A stretch of DNA of 53,161 nucleotides, from assembly GCA_017629575.1 (NCBI GenBank), contig JAGBWX010000008.1:1-53161 (forward strand). Direction: 5' to 3'. Positions 35,750-46,200 of the stretch are shown in pieces. Position numbers and translations under genes: made by a program. Below the pieces are notes generated by a model. That model made no database searches. It was not told the origin of the DNA and saw only the letters and a program-made list of their open reading frames with translations. The first letter of the stretch is position 1; every line of letters starts with the position of its first letter. This stretch comes from Spirochaetales bacterium (GTDB taxonomy: Bacteria; Spirochaetota; Spirochaetia; Sphaerochaetales; Sphaerochaetaceae).

Positions 35750-37045
35750 ATGAATATTCTTTTGTCAGTTTCAGTGGCGCTTCTTGTTGGCCTCATGATG
35801 ACTAGACTTTTCAAGCCTGTCAAACTTCCTTCAGTAACAGCATATCTTATCGCAGGCGTTCTTATCGGACCATATTGCATAGGTGCTTTCAAAATCAATG
35901 GAATTGGATTTTCCAGCATGTCTGATGTTGCTGCCTTAAGCATCATCGCAGACCTTGCTCTTGGCTTTATTGCGTTCTCTATCGGTAGTGAGTTTAGACT
36001 TTCTGATTTAAAGAAAACAGGAAGACAGGCACTTGTAATTGGTATCGTGCAGGCATTGTCGGCAGCTTTTATTGTCGATATCGTGCTTCTCATCATCCAC
36101 TTCATTGCTCCAGACAAGCTCACTGTTCCACAGGTTATTACTCTTGGTGCAATCGCAACCGCAACAGCTCCTGCTGCAACTTTAATGGTTGTAAGACAGT
36201 TCAAGGCCAAGGGTCCACTTACAAAGCTTCTTCTTCCAATCGTTGCTCTTGATGATGCTGTTGGCCTGATTGTTTTCGCAGTATCCTTTGGTATTGCGAA
36301 GTCATTGGTTAGTGGAGCTGTGGATATGATATCCATTCTCGTAAACCCTATTGTTGAGATTATCTGTTCACTCGCTCTTGGTGCAGCAATGGGTTGGGTT
36401 CTCACTCAGACTGAGAAATTCTTCAACTCAAATACAAATAGACTCAACATGACAATTGCCTTTGTAACATTTACAACTGCACTTTCATCACTTCATTTAA
36501 ACATTGGTCCTGTTCATGTTGGTTTCTCACCACTTCTTACTTGTATGATGCTTGGCACAATCTTCTGCAACATCTGTCCTCTTTCAGAGGATTTGATGAA
36601 GGCTTCAGACAAGTGGACATCTCCTCTTTTTGCTCTCTTCTTCGTAATCAGTGGTGCAGAACTTGAGCTTGAAGTATTCAAGGATGTTGCAATTGTTGGA
36701 ATTGGACTTGTTTATATCGTATTCAGATGTATCGGTAAGTACTATGGTTCATATTTCAGTGCAAAGGCTACCAATTGCACAGAGTCAACTTGCAAGTACC
36801 TTGGTATTACATTATTCCCACAGGCTGGTGTAGCGCTTGGCATGTGTGCAACAGCAACACAGCTTGGACCTCAGGGAAATCTCATTAGAAACATTACTCT
36901 CTTTGCAGTTCTTGTTTATGAAGTTGTAGGTCCTCTTATGACTAAGTGGGCACTTACTCAGGCTGGCGATATTCAGTCTATTCCTGAAGAGGTTAAGAAT
37001 CGTCGTCAGACAAAACTCGCAGAGGCAGAGAATAAAAATAAATAG
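35750..37045 (+). CDS. Cation:proton antiporter (Na_H_Exchanger/CPA family) membrane protein
   Basis: 431 aa, about 12 TM. The N-terminal LLVGLMMTRLFKPVKLPSVTAYLIAGVLIGP is the typical CPA opening motif. No C-terminal TrkA-N domain. Confidence 0.8.
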   Translation: MNILLSVSVALLVGLMMTRLFKPVKLPSVTAYLIAGVLIGPYCIGAFKINGIGFSSMSDVAALSIIADLALGFIAFSIGSEFRLSDLKKTGRQALVIGIVQALSAAFIVDIVLLIIHFIAPDKLTVPQVITLGAIATATAPAATLMVVRQFKAKGPLTKLLLPIVALDDAVGLIVFAVSFGIAKSLVSGAVDMISILVNPIVEIICSLALGAAMGWVLTQTEKFFNSNTNRLNMTIAFVTFTTALSSLHLNIGPVHVGFSPLLTCMMLGTIFCNICPLSEDLMKASDKWTSPLFALFFVISGAELELEVFKDVAIVGIGLVYIVFRCIGKYYGSYFSAKATNCTESTCKYLGITLFPQAGVALGMCATATQLGPQGNLIRNITLFAVLVYEVVGPLMTKWALTQAGDIQSIPEEVKNRRQTKLAEAENKNK

Positions 37046-37066
37046 CATCGAAAGAAATTGGCGCAA

Positions 37067-37100
37067 GAAAAATGACCTGAGCAATCAGGTCATTTTTGCT
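37067..37100. terminator. Bidirectional terminator between convergent genes
   Basis: AATGACCTGA / TCAGGTCATT, a 10-bp perfect stem with a 4-nt loop. It is flanked by an A-run on one side and a T-run on the other. Confidence 0.75.
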
Positions 37101-37101
37101 T

Positions 37102-38259
37102 TTATACAATCTTATTCAAAACTTTTTTATAACACTCGATTATCTTCTCTCCAAAGAATTCCTTGTCATACGACGATGATATTCTGAGGCTCTCCTTGGA
37201 TGCATTCTCTCTCCAGATTTTGTCTTCTACCATCAGTCCTAGAGAGTTTAGATATTCTTCCTTTGTGCCATAGGTATAACCATTCTTGCCGTTGATTACG
37301 AGCTCTTCAAGAACAGGATCCATTCTGCAGAGGAGAGGTAGTCCATTTGCTGGTGCCTCAATGTATGTAAGGCCCTGTGTCTCAGAGGTTGATGCGCTTG
37401 TGAATATATCACCGCATTGATAGTACTTCTGAACCTCATCTGGCTTTACCATGCCAGTGAAGATGACCCTATTGCTTATTCCAAGTTTTCTGCTAAGAGC
37501 TTCTAGGCTTTCCTTTGCAGGCCCTCCACCAACGAGCATGAGCTTGAGTTGAGGATAGTCTTTAGATGCAGAGGCAAAGTATGTTATGACTTCATCGAGG
37601 TTTTTCTCTCCTCCAAGTCTGCCAAGGTTCATCATCACAACATCACTGTCAGAGATGGAGTACTTATTCCTAATTGCTCTTCTTTCCTCTGCTGAAATTC
37701 GATTCTTATGCTGCGATAGGTTGATTCCACTTGGAATGACATCAATGTTTGCAGAGATTCCATATCCAGAAAGGACACTCTTAACTTTGTTTGTTGGTGC
37801 AATGATAGTAGCAGCCTTTCTTAGTCTGCGCTTCATGAACCTCTTGAGAAAGCGAGCGCTGAAGTTCTTCTCTGGGAAGAGATATGTGAGATAGTCTTCA
37901 TAAAGTGTGTGATAGGTGTGAACAATCGGACACTTGCATTTTTTATGAACCTTAAGAGCAAATGCATAGGAAAAGAATTCGCACTGGCTATGAATGATGT
38001 CTGGCTTCCATTTCACGATATCCTTGATAGTTTCAGGACTTACAGAATATGGACTTCTGACACCAGGATAGATGAACTCCAAAGGAAGAGACCTAAGATA
38101 GTAGACATCTCCCTCTATATGCTTATGGACATCTTTTGAGAATGTTAGGATTCTAACCTCATGTCCACGCTTGATCAGTTCGCTATATAAGTTGTTGATA
38201 GATGTAACAACACCATTGGTTTTTGTATAGTAATTATCGGTGGTGATTAAGACTTTCAA
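37102..38259 (-). CDS. GT4 family glycosyltransferase (diacylglycerol glycosyltransferase-like)
   Basis: MKVLITTDNYYTKTNGVVTS..., and the C-terminal ...FTSASTSETQGLTYIEAPANGLPLL is the GT4 E-x7-E region. I place the start at TTG 38257-38259, 6 nt after a perfect AAGGAG, rather than at the track start 38295. Confidence 0.85.
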   Translation of the reverse strand: MKVLITTDNYYTKTNGVVTSINNLYSELIKRGHEVRILTFSKDVHKHIEGDVYYLRSLPLEFIYPGVRSPYSVSPETIKDIVKWKPDIIHSQCEFFSYAFALKVHKKCKCPIVHTYHTLYEDYLTYLFPEKNFSARFLKRFMKRRLRKAATIIAPTNKVKSVLSGYGISANIDVIPSGINLSQHKNRISAEERRAIRNKYSISDSDVVMMNLGRLGGEKNLDEVITYFASASKDYPQLKLMLVGGGPAKESLEALSRKLGISNRVIFTGMVKPDEVQKYYQCGDIFTSASTSETQGLTYIEAPANGLPLLCRMDPVLEELVINGKNGYTYGTKEEYLNSLGLMVEDKIWRENASKESLRISSSYDKEFFGEKIIECYKKVLNKIV

Positions 38260-38366
38260 ACAAGGCTCCTTGAGCGGGAGGATGATCCCCCTCAATGTAT
38301 TAATAAGTAAAAATACATTTCGTTACAAAAATAATAAAGAAACACCAAAATTACAAATATATTACC

Positions 38367-38609
38367 CTAATTTTTGTTCAATAAATTTAAAATCGCAAAG
38401 CAATGCTTATTGTTTTTGTAATATTTAACATGCACGATATCCAAATTTTCTAAAGTCTTGCTTGTTGTGGGCGTAGAGATGAAGAGTGCGCTTAGTTCTA
38501 TCGGCATGACAGTGATATCTGTATAGTTGATTGGATAGTCTGGCTTGAGTATATCTGTTGCGATATCGATTAACGCAGAAACATTGATTTTTATCTTTGA
38601 TTCATTCAT
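38367..38609 (-). CDS. Hypothetical 80-aa protein
   Basis: GGAGG Shine-Dalgarno lies 8 nt before the ATG. It sits between recG and the GT4 gene on the same strand. No recognisable motif. Confidence 0.4.
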   Translation of the reverse strand: MNESKIKINVSALIDIATDILKPDYPINYTDITVMPIELSALFISTPTTSKTLENLDIVHVKYYKNNKHCFAILNLLNKN

Positions 38610-38649
38610 GGAATTTTTCCTCCATAATATAAATCAAAAAAAGTAAGAT

Positions 38650-40656
38650 TTATTTTTGGCTGAGTGTTTTTCTCAGTCCTGCATGCTCTGCGTGAATTAG
38701 GCCTCTATCTGTTTCGAGAATTCTTTCTGCATGGAATCTTGCTCTCTCTACAAGGTCTATATCCTCAGTAAGGGATGCAAACTTAAGCTTTAGGAATCCT
38801 GACTGCTTATTTCCAGCAATTTCTCCCGGTCCTCTGATTTGCAAATCTTTCTCGGCAATTAGGAAGCCGTCGCAGGTCTCTCTCATAACCTTGAGTCTTT
38901 CCCTGCCTTCTTCTGAAAGTGTGTTTGGATCGAATACCAAGAAGCAATAGGATGGAAGCGAAGATCTGCCAACTCTTCCCCTTAGCTGATGGAGAGCGGC
39001 AAGACCAAAGCGGTCTGCATGCTCAATTACCATGCATGTTGCATCTGGAATATCGATGCCAACCTCAACAACTGAAGTAGAAACGAGGTATTTGATTTTC
39101 TTTGCTCTGAAATTCTCGAGGATTTTTGTCTTCTCCTCTTCGTCCAGCTTTGAATGGATTAGGGCGGATGGTACATCAGGGTATTGTGATTTCAGAAAAT
39201 CATACATGGTAGTAACGTCCCTTAAATCGCTTTCGCCCTCATCGTCGATTCTTGGATATACGAAATATGCCTGATGTCCACGCGCAAACTCAACACCAAT
39301 TGCCTTGTACATCTTATCTCTGCTTTCTTCTGATACAAGATGTGTTTTGATTGGGATTCTGCCTGAAGGCATTGTATGGATTGTTGTCACATCCAAATCT
39401 GCAAAGAGTGTTAGTGCAAGCGTTCTAGGAATAGGAGTTGCTGTCATTGAGAGAATATGTGGATTTAGGCCCTTGTTTTTCAGAGCTTCTCTTTGGGCAA
39501 CTCCGAATCTGTGCTGCTCATCGATGATTAGATATCTTAGGTTCTTAAACTCGACGTCTTGAGAGAATAGGGCATGTGTTCCGATAGCTAGGTCAACTTC
39601 ACCATTCTTGAGAGCATCCAATAAAAGCTTTCTTCCCTTTCCCTTAACATCGCCTGTGATATATGCAAGTCTTATCCCAAGGGGAGCTAAGAGTTCGGCT
39701 GCTTTCTCTGCATGCTGTTTTGCCAGAAGCTCTGTTGGTGCCATGAAGGCAACTTGTCCACCTTTTTCAATTGCATGGAGAGATGAAAGCCATGCAATCA
39801 AAGTCTTGCCTGCGCCTACATCGCCCTGCAGGAGTCTATTCATGCTGTCATCTGAGTCCAAGTCTTCTCTGATTTCTTCAATGGCCTTATTTTGGTCTTC
39901 TGTCAGAGAGAAGGGAAGAGATGATAGAAGCTTCCTCTCAAGAGTGGATGGAGTGCTCTTCTTTCTTTTTATAGATGTATTTCTGCATCTGAGCTCTTTT
40001 AGCTCCATGAGAAAAAGCTCTGTAAAGGCAAGGGTCCTTCTTGCTACTTGCAGCATCTTTTCATTAGTTGGATAGTGTATTTCCTTAAGCGCTGTGAAAC
40101 GATCGAGAAGGCCTTCTTCTCTTTTAATGTTTTCTGGGATGAATTCTTCCCTGTCGATATTGAGAAGCGAATATTGAGCAGCCTTTCTCATTATCTTTTG
40201 GGTAAGGTTTCCAGCTAGAGGATAGATAGGCAGTATCCTACCCAATCCTGCTTCTTCTTTTGTTTTCTTTATCTCGAATGATGCTGTTTGATATTGGTAT
40301 CTGACTCTTTGAACAGTTGCATTGATATACCATTCAGTACCAATTTTGAGCATATTTTCTAGATATGGCCTATTAAAGCAGAGGATATCGAGGCTGGTGC
40401 CATCGTCATCCATTGCGCTAACTTTGATCACGCGTCCTTTTTTTGATGAAAATGCAGAGTGCCCCGTAATCGTGACTCTGCATGTAATAGTTGGATTTTC
40501 AATAGTTGTGGATCTTAAAGTTCGCTCTTCTCGTCTGTCATCATAGGCGCGAGGAGCCAGTGTTGCCATATCTTCAAGGGTGAATACAGATAGCTTGGCA
40601 AACTCCTTTTCTAGAGCCTTGCCAATACCTGGTACATCTGTAATCCTCCCTGTCAT
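38650..40656 (-). CDS. recG: ATP-dependent DNA helicase RecG
   Basis: 668 aa with an N-terminal wedge/OB region. Helicase motifs GDVGAGKT, DEQHRFGV, SMTATPIPRT and QLRGRVGR. Confidence 0.95.
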   Translation of the reverse strand: MTGRITDVPGIGKALEKEFAKLSVFTLEDMATLAPRAYDDRREERTLRSTTIENPTITCRVTITGHSAFSSKKGRVIKVSAMDDDGTSLDILCFNRPYLENMLKIGTEWYINATVQRVRYQYQTASFEIKKTKEEAGLGRILPIYPLAGNLTQKIMRKAAQYSLLNIDREEFIPENIKREEGLLDRFTALKEIHYPTNEKMLQVARRTLAFTELFLMELKELRCRNTSIKRKKSTPSTLERKLLSSLPFSLTEDQNKAIEEIREDLDSDDSMNRLLQGDVGAGKTLIAWLSSLHAIEKGGQVAFMAPTELLAKQHAEKAAELLAPLGIRLAYITGDVKGKGRKLLLDALKNGEVDLAIGTHALFSQDVEFKNLRYLIIDEQHRFGVAQREALKNKGLNPHILSMTATPIPRTLALTLFADLDVTTIHTMPSGRIPIKTHLVSEESRDKMYKAIGVEFARGHQAYFVYPRIDDEGESDLRDVTTMYDFLKSQYPDVPSALIHSKLDEEEKTKILENFRAKKIKYLVSTSVVEVGIDIPDATCMVIEHADRFGLAALHQLRGRVGRSSLPSYCFLVFDPNTLSEEGRERLKVMRETCDGFLIAEKDLQIRGPGEIAGNKQSGFLKLKFASLTEDIDLVERARFHAERILETDRGLIHAEHAGLRKTLSQK

Positions 40657-40664
40657 TGCATCTC

Positions 40665-41267
40665 CTAAATTGGAAGCTCAAGCGCAAGCATTGCAAGGTA
40701 GCCAAAGAGGTACTGAAGTGCAAAGTTGAGTGCGAAAACCCATAATAAAGTGATGAGGTTTATTGTGCTTTCCTTTCCAATTCTATTTTTGAAGAATAGC
40801 TTTTTGGTTATGTTTGTCAAACCCGAAACTGCATCGCCAAGCTGATTGCCCATGTTGTAGTAGGCTGGATTCTTGGCAAAGGATGAGATTGTCTTTGTGA
40901 TAAGCAGGATGATTGCAAACATGAAGTAGAATGATAGGCAATATCTCCAGAAGGCCTGCAAGAAGTAATAGAGGCATAGTCCGAGAGTAAGATAGCCATT
41001 CATTCCATAGAACTCGCAGATTGACCTAAATAACTCAATGATGCCAATTGCCAGAATTGGTGAAAAGTCGAGTCTTCCTGCTGTCATTTTTGACTTTTTG
41101 AAGATATTTAGATATGGGTCTACTGCCTTTGCTATGTAATATGTGAATCCACCGTACTGTGGGAACCTGACAAACCATGAGAGCATGATTCTCACCCAAA
41201 TGAGAATTGAGTAACCCCAAAGAAGTCTAGATAGCACCAGAGCGCCTTTCATTAGATAAAAGTCCAT
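40665..41267 (-). CDS. YggT/Ycf19-family membrane protein with extended C-terminal membrane region
   Basis: The N-terminal ~90 aa (ILIWVRIMLSWF...AKAVDPYLNIFKK...GRLDFSPILAI) matches the YggT pattern. The 200-aa total is about twice the usual length. Confidence 0.55.
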   Translation of the reverse strand: MDFYLMKGALVLSRLLWGYSILIWVRIMLSWFVRFPQYGGFTYYIAKAVDPYLNIFKKSKMTAGRLDFSPILAIGIIELFRSICEFYGMNGYLTLGLCLYYFLQAFWRYCLSFYFMFAIILLITKTISSFAKNPAYYNMGNQLGDAVSGLTNITKKLFFKNRIGKESTINLITLLWVFALNFALQYLFGYLAMLALELPI

Positions 41268-41293
41268 AAATCCTAATTCCTTATTCTCTAAAG

Positions 41294-44200
41294 TTAACTA
41301 ACCCAGGCCTTTTCGACTACATCAAGCTCCTCTAATTCATCAAGAAGAGTGCTTGTATAGTTTAGGTATGAAGTGCTCTTGAGCTGCAGCTCCTCCCCCA
41401 AAACATCTGCAATCTCAATAGATACAGCTGTATCACCCTCGTATTTTGCCATGAGGGACAACAGCTCTGCCATTCCCTTTCTTGTGATTTCTGCATAGCT
41501 ATAAAGTCTGATGTGAACCTTGGATACAGCCTCTGGCTTAAGCTCTGATGGTGATACAATGTCATCGATGATGAATGACAGCATTCCATCGTCCTTCTTG
41601 TTTATTGTTCCCAAGAATCCATAGATTCCATCTATTTCAGTCTTGTTTGCAAGTGTTGCAAAGGTCTTTGGGAATGCTACAGAGTCAAGGTCGCCTTCCT
41701 TTGTCTGCAGGGTGTAGATTGCCATCTTGTCACCCCTCTTTGTAAGAACAGTCCTCTGTCCGATTACCTGAGCTATAATTTGTGTCTTCTGCCCAAATGG
41801 GATTGTATCTGCATCAAGAAGGTTGACTCTAACACACTCTGAGAGTTCTTTCTTGAATGTATCGAGAGGGTGTCCTGAGATATAGAAGCCCAGCATCTCC
41901 TTTTCCATTCTGAGAAGTTCCATCAGAGGGAATGGATCTGCCTGTCTCATTTCAAAGTCTCCAAGGCCATCTTCTTCATCATCTCCGAAGAGTGACATCT
42001 GTCCAAATGCAGAGTTTGCTTTGTTTGCCTTATCGAACTTCAGCGCATCCTCAAGATTGGCTAAGAGGGTTGCTCTGTCTGTTCCAAGTTCGTCGAAAGC
42101 ACCTGCCTTGATGAGGGATTCTATGAGTCTTGAGTTTAGGGTATTCTCGCCCTGTCTGTTCAAGAAGTCCATGAAACTCTTATATGGTCCATTCTTCTCC
42201 CTTTCCTCAACGATGATCTCTACAGCGCCTTCTCCAACGTTTTTGATACCAGCAAGGCCATATATGATATCGCCCTGGTCTACGTTGAAGTGCTTGTTCG
42301 ATCTATTGATTGAAGGAGGAACAATCTTGATTCCGTACTTTGGAGCAAGGTTGAGGTACTCCTTGAACTTGTCAGGAGAACCCATTTCATTGGTTAGGTT
42401 AGCTGCAAGGAACTCTGCTCTGAAGTTAGCCTTTAAGAATGCTGTCTGATATGCAACAACAGAGTAAGCAACAGCATGTGACTTGTTGAAGCCATAGCCT
42501 GCAAATGGTTCGAGGATATGGAAGATTTCCTCTGCATGCTCTGCAGTATGACCTCTCTTGACTGCGCCTGCCTTGAATATCTCGAGCTGGGCAGCAAGCG
42601 CGTCGGCCTTCTTCTTACCCATGATTCTTCTCAGGATGTCAGCTTCGCCAAGAGAGTAGCCAGCGATAATCTGTGCTACCTGCATAACCTGTTCCTGATA
42701 TACGATAACGCCATATGTTGGTTTAAGAATATCTTCAAGGGTTGGGTCTGGATATGTGATTGGCTCACGTCCCCACTTTGAATTGATGTACTTAGGAATG
42801 AACTGCATTGGGCCTGGCCTATAGAGGGCATTCAGAGCAACAAGCTCTTCGATGTTTGAAGGCTTTGCCTGTCTGAGAATGTCCTGCATGCCAGCTGATT
42901 CAAACTGGAATACGAGAGCGGAGTCTCCATCTTGAAGCATCTTGAAGGTTGCTTCATCTTCCTCTGAAATCTTGCTGATGTCAAAGTCTGGGAATCTCTT
43001 CCTGATGAGCTCTACAGTATGCTTGATCAGAGTAAGGGTCTTCAGGCCGAGGAAGTCCATTTTAACCAAACCGCACTGCTCAATCTGGAGCATAGTGTAC
43101 TGGCTGGCAAGAGCACCTGTTCTAGGATCTGCACAAAGTGGAACATACTTATCTAGAGGCTCTCTGCCGATGACAACTCCCGCTGCATGGAGAGATGTAT
43201 GTCTGTTAAGGCCCTCTAGCTTGATTGCAGTCTCAAAGAGCTCCTCGTAGATACCGCCCCTTTCTTTGATTTCTCTGAGTTCTTCAGAGTATTCGATGGC
43301 ATCAGGAAGGTGCCATTTCTTCTTTCCTGGGATTTCATCTGGAACGAGAGAGCATATCTTATTCGCTTCTTCGAATGGAATATCTAGAACTCTGGCAACG
43401 TCCTTGAGAACGGCCTTTGGCTTGAGTGTTCCGAATGTTGTGATCTGTCCCACAGAGTCATGGCCATAGTGTTCTGTTACGTAATCGATTACCTTGCCTC
43501 GACCTTCGAAGCAGAAGTCGATATCGAAATCAGGAAGCGTTACTCTATCTGGATTGAGGAATCTTTCGAAGAGCAAGCTGTACTTGATTGGGTCAACGTC
43601 TGTAATTGTTGTTGTGTATGCAACTAGAGAGCCTGCACCAGAACCTCTGCCAGGTCCTACTGGAACATCGTGGGTCTTAGCCCAATGGATGTAGTCTCTA
43701 ACGATGAGGAAGTAAGCAGGGAAGTCCATCTGTATGATGGTATCCAGCTCATACTGGAGTCTCTTTTTGAGGCTTTCCATCTCTTCTTCTGTTGCATTTG
43801 GATATCTTACCTCAAGCCCCTGGTAAGCCAAGGCAGAAAGATATTCGCCATCTGTCTTATATGGCTCAGGAATGTCGCACTTAGGGAGAACTGGGCCAGG
43901 GAATTTGATTTCAAGCTTGCATCTCTCTGCGACAAGCGCTGTATTGTCTACAGCCTCTGGACACCAAGAGAAAAGCGCACGCATCTCTTCTTCTGTCCTA
44001 AAGTAGAATTCGCCTTCCTTGTATCTTAATCTTTCCTTGTCTTGTTTTTTTCTGCCCGTACCAATACAAAGCAAGGTGTCATGGGCATTCCAGTCATCCT
44101 TTTCGATATAGTGGATATCATTGGTGCAAACGACCTTGATTCCAAGCTCCTGTCCAATCTTTACAAGGCTATTATTAACTATCTTCTGCTCTGGAATCCC

Positions 44201-44764
44201 ATGGTCCTGAAGCTCAAGGTAATATCTGTCGCCAAACAGACTTTGGTACCACTTTGCACATTCCAATGCCTTTTCATAGCTTGGAGCTCTTCCTGTACCA
44301 TCGTTTCTCTTGCTGCCAAGAATCATTCTTGGGACCTCGCCTGCGATACAGGCAGAGAGACAGATCAAATCTTCAGAGTGTTCTTTTAGAGATTCTCTGT
44401 CGATTCTTGGCTTATAGTAATAACCTTCCTTCCAAGCGATGGAATTGAGCTCCATTAGGTTATGGTAGCCTTTGTCGCTCATTGCAAGAAGGATTAGGTG
44501 GTAGTAGTTTTCTTCGCCATCATGGGAAGTTTTGTCTCTCCTATCTCGAGGAGCAACATAGAATTCGCATCCTACGATGGGATTGATGCCATTATTCTTA
44601 CAGGCCTCATAGAAGGATACTGCGCCAAACATGTTTCCATGGTCGGTGAGGGCAAGGCTTGTCATGCCTAAAGCCTTTGCCTTTGCAACATATCTGGAAA
44701 TTGAGGCTGCGCCGTCTAGAAGCGAAAAGTCACTATGGTTATGTAGATGTACAAAGCTGCCCAT
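41294..44764 (-). CDS. dnaE: DNA polymerase III alpha subunit
   Basis: 1156 aa. N-terminal PHP domain FVHLHNHSDFSLLDGA, the polymerase core ...PDFDIDF..., and a C-terminal OB-fold region. Confidence 0.95.
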   Translation of the reverse strand: MGSFVHLHNHSDFSLLDGAASISRYVAKAKALGMTSLALTDHGNMFGAVSFYEACKNNGINPIVGCEFYVAPRDRRDKTSHDGEENYYHLILLAMSDKGYHNLMELNSIAWKEGYYYKPRIDRESLKEHSEDLICLSACIAGEVPRMILGSKRNDGTGRAPSYEKALECAKWYQSLFGDRYYLELQDHGIPEQKIVNNSLVKIGQELGIKVVCTNDIHYIEKDDWNAHDTLLCIGTGRKKQDKERLRYKEGEFYFRTEEEMRALFSWCPEAVDNTALVAERCKLEIKFPGPVLPKCDIPEPYKTDGEYLSALAYQGLEVRYPNATEEEMESLKKRLQYELDTIIQMDFPAYFLIVRDYIHWAKTHDVPVGPGRGSGAGSLVAYTTTITDVDPIKYSLLFERFLNPDRVTLPDFDIDFCFEGRGKVIDYVTEHYGHDSVGQITTFGTLKPKAVLKDVARVLDIPFEEANKICSLVPDEIPGKKKWHLPDAIEYSEELREIKERGGIYEELFETAIKLEGLNRHTSLHAAGVVIGREPLDKYVPLCADPRTGALASQYTMLQIEQCGLVKMDFLGLKTLTLIKHTVELIRKRFPDFDISKISEEDEATFKMLQDGDSALVFQFESAGMQDILRQAKPSNIEELVALNALYRPGPMQFIPKYINSKWGREPITYPDPTLEDILKPTYGVIVYQEQVMQVAQIIAGYSLGEADILRRIMGKKKADALAAQLEIFKAGAVKRGHTAEHAEEIFHILEPFAGYGFNKSHAVAYSVVAYQTAFLKANFRAEFLAANLTNEMGSPDKFKEYLNLAPKYGIKIVPPSINRSNKHFNVDQGDIIYGLAGIKNVGEGAVEIIVEEREKNGPYKSFMDFLNRQGENTLNSRLIESLIKAGAFDELGTDRATLLANLEDALKFDKANKANSAFGQMSLFGDDEEDGLGDFEMRQADPFPLMELLRMEKEMLGFYISGHPLDTFKKELSECVRVNLLDADTIPFGQKTQIIAQVIGQRTVLTKRGDKMAIYTLQTKEGDLDSVAFPKTFATLANKTEIDGIYGFLGTINKKDDGMLSFIIDDIVSPSELKPEAVSKVHIRLYSYAEITRKGMAELLSLMAKYEGDTAVSIEIADVLGEELQLKSTSYLNYTSTLLDELEELDVVEKAWVS

Positions 44765-44777
44765 TATATACCCTGTC

Positions 44778-45680
44778 TTAGTTTTCTGAGATAGGCATTG
44801 TGAGTGCCTTTCTGTTAAGTTCTTCGACTACTGTTCCTACGAAGCTTCTGATGATGGCCTTCTGCAGAGGTGAAATCTGGAAGGATGAGGAGATGAATGC
44901 AAAGAGTACGTTGTAGATAGAATCATACTCTGAATCCTCGAGAGGGAAGCGGAGGGCAGTGAAGATGTTATCGATATCTCTTGAGAAGCAGATGCCACTC
45001 TTTGGAAGTGTTATTACAAGTCTTGCGTTCTGGAGGATGTCCTGTTCCCAGTCCGCGACAAATGCAATAGCAACAGAATCCTCAGGCTTTGACATGAAGT
45101 CCTTTGTGCAGAAAAACTTCTGGTAGCTTGGCTGATTAATGGCAATTCTAACTCTGGATAGAAGTGCCTTTGGTGGCAGCTGAAAACGACCATTCTTGTC
45201 GACCAGTCTAGAAATTGGTGCCCATCTTGAATGGAGACGCTTCTTCTTTACAATCTTCATTTCAACATTGCTTGAAAGCGCAATCAGTGTGCCAGGAATG
45301 CTTGTGGTCATGTCTGGTGTGCAGAGCGCGCCTCCGATTGTTGCACGTCTTGTGATGATTGAACATCCAATGGATTCAATATTGCTTACAAGAATCTTAG
45401 GCAAAACACCCTTGCCAGATGTAGCCATCTGATAAAGAGGAACCATTGCACCAAATTCAGCAACTCTATCGTTTCTCTGGAATCTGTGGAGTTCTTCTAT
45501 TTCCCCAAGATAGATGATGTTGTCTGTTCCTGTTGCCCTTGATGGATAAACGTCAGGTCTGGTCATAATGTATGTACCACCGGCCCATAGGCTGGTGTTT
45601 GTATTATGAAGCATGATGTTTCCATACTCAGAAAGTGTTTTAGGAGTATGGATGTTTGGAGAGTTAAGACCTTCTACCAA
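44778..45680 (-). CDS. FAD-binding subunit of a xanthine dehydrogenase/CO dehydrogenase-family complex
   Basis: 300 aa. ...WAGGTYIM... and ...RRATIGGALC... correspond to the aGGTdl and TiGGN motifs of FAD_binding_5. TTG start, overlapping the Fe-S gene by 17 nt. Confidence 0.7.
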   Translation of the reverse strand: MVEGLNSPNIHTPKTLSEYGNIMLHNTNTSLWAGGTYIMTRPDVYPSRATGTDNIIYLGEIEELHRFQRNDRVAEFGAMVPLYQMATSGKGVLPKILVSNIESIGCSIITRRATIGGALCTPDMTTSIPGTLIALSSNVEMKIVKKKRLHSRWAPISRLVDKNGRFQLPPKALLSRVRIAINQPSYQKFFCTKDFMSKPEDSVAIAFVADWEQDILQNARLVITLPKSGICFSRDIDNIFTALRFPLEDSEYDSIYNVLFAFISSSFQISPLQKAIIRSFVGTVVEELNRKALTMPISEN

Positions 45681-46200
45681 TTCTCTTCTCCCTTATTATT
45701 CTGATTCTGTTTAAAATCTGTCTTACATCGTGAAGATCCATGCAAGTGCACTTGATTATGGACATTTCCTTTACAAGAGATTCTACATTGAATGGCTCTG
45801 CACCGCTATCGAAGGAAGGCTGTTCATTATTCTTTGCAATGATGATATCTGTCAAATAGTCAAAAAGAATAGTTCTTGAGGTATAGCAGTCATCACAAGG
45901 TCGTATTCCAAGATCCTCATATGCCTTCTCTATATCGTTGAGCTTCCTATTAAAGTACTTAATTCTCAAAAACGATTCAAACGTAGTGATTGTCTTGCCA
46001 TGTATTTCAAAAGCTGGAACCATGCAAGAGAGTACAGGCATGTTGTCTAATAGGACAAGACAGAGACCGCAGTTTTTTCCTCTGCAATGGGCATTGATTG
46101 TTGTGTAGTCGCAGTTTTCTTGCAGAACTAGCGAGAGAGGCTTGTTTGAGTTGAGCGAAAAGGAAAGTCTCTTTCCGTCAATTGTGCATTCTATCTTCAA
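45664..46200 (-). CDS. [2Fe-2S]-binding small subunit of the same complex
   Basis: 178 aa. The plant-type cluster pattern CRGKNCGLC...SC and the second cluster pattern CDDC...CTC are both present. TTG start in a TTGA overlap with the large-subunit stop. Confidence 0.75.
   Translation of the reverse strand: MKIECTIDGKRLSFSLNSNKPLSLVLQENCDYTTINAHCRGKNCGLCLVLLDNMPVLSCMVPAFEIHGKTITTFESFLRIKYFNRKLNDIEKAYEDLGIRPCDDCYTSRTILFDYLTDIIIAKNNEQPSFDSGAEPFNVESLVKEMSIIKCTCMDLHDVRQILNRIRIIREKRIGRRS

Noticed and set aside
35683-36405. 240-aa minus-strand ORF antisense to the antiporter gene. Similar long shadow ORFs occur at 50676-51365, 26198-26662, 39608-40075, 12634-13059, 8091-8540, 42021-42449, 46687-47085 and elsewhere.
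   Set aside because: Each lies entirely inside, and antisense or out of frame to, a gene with clear family motifs. They have low-complexity composition rich in S/A/R/T and no Shine-Dalgarno or recognisable domains. These are typical shadow ORFs of codon-biased genes.
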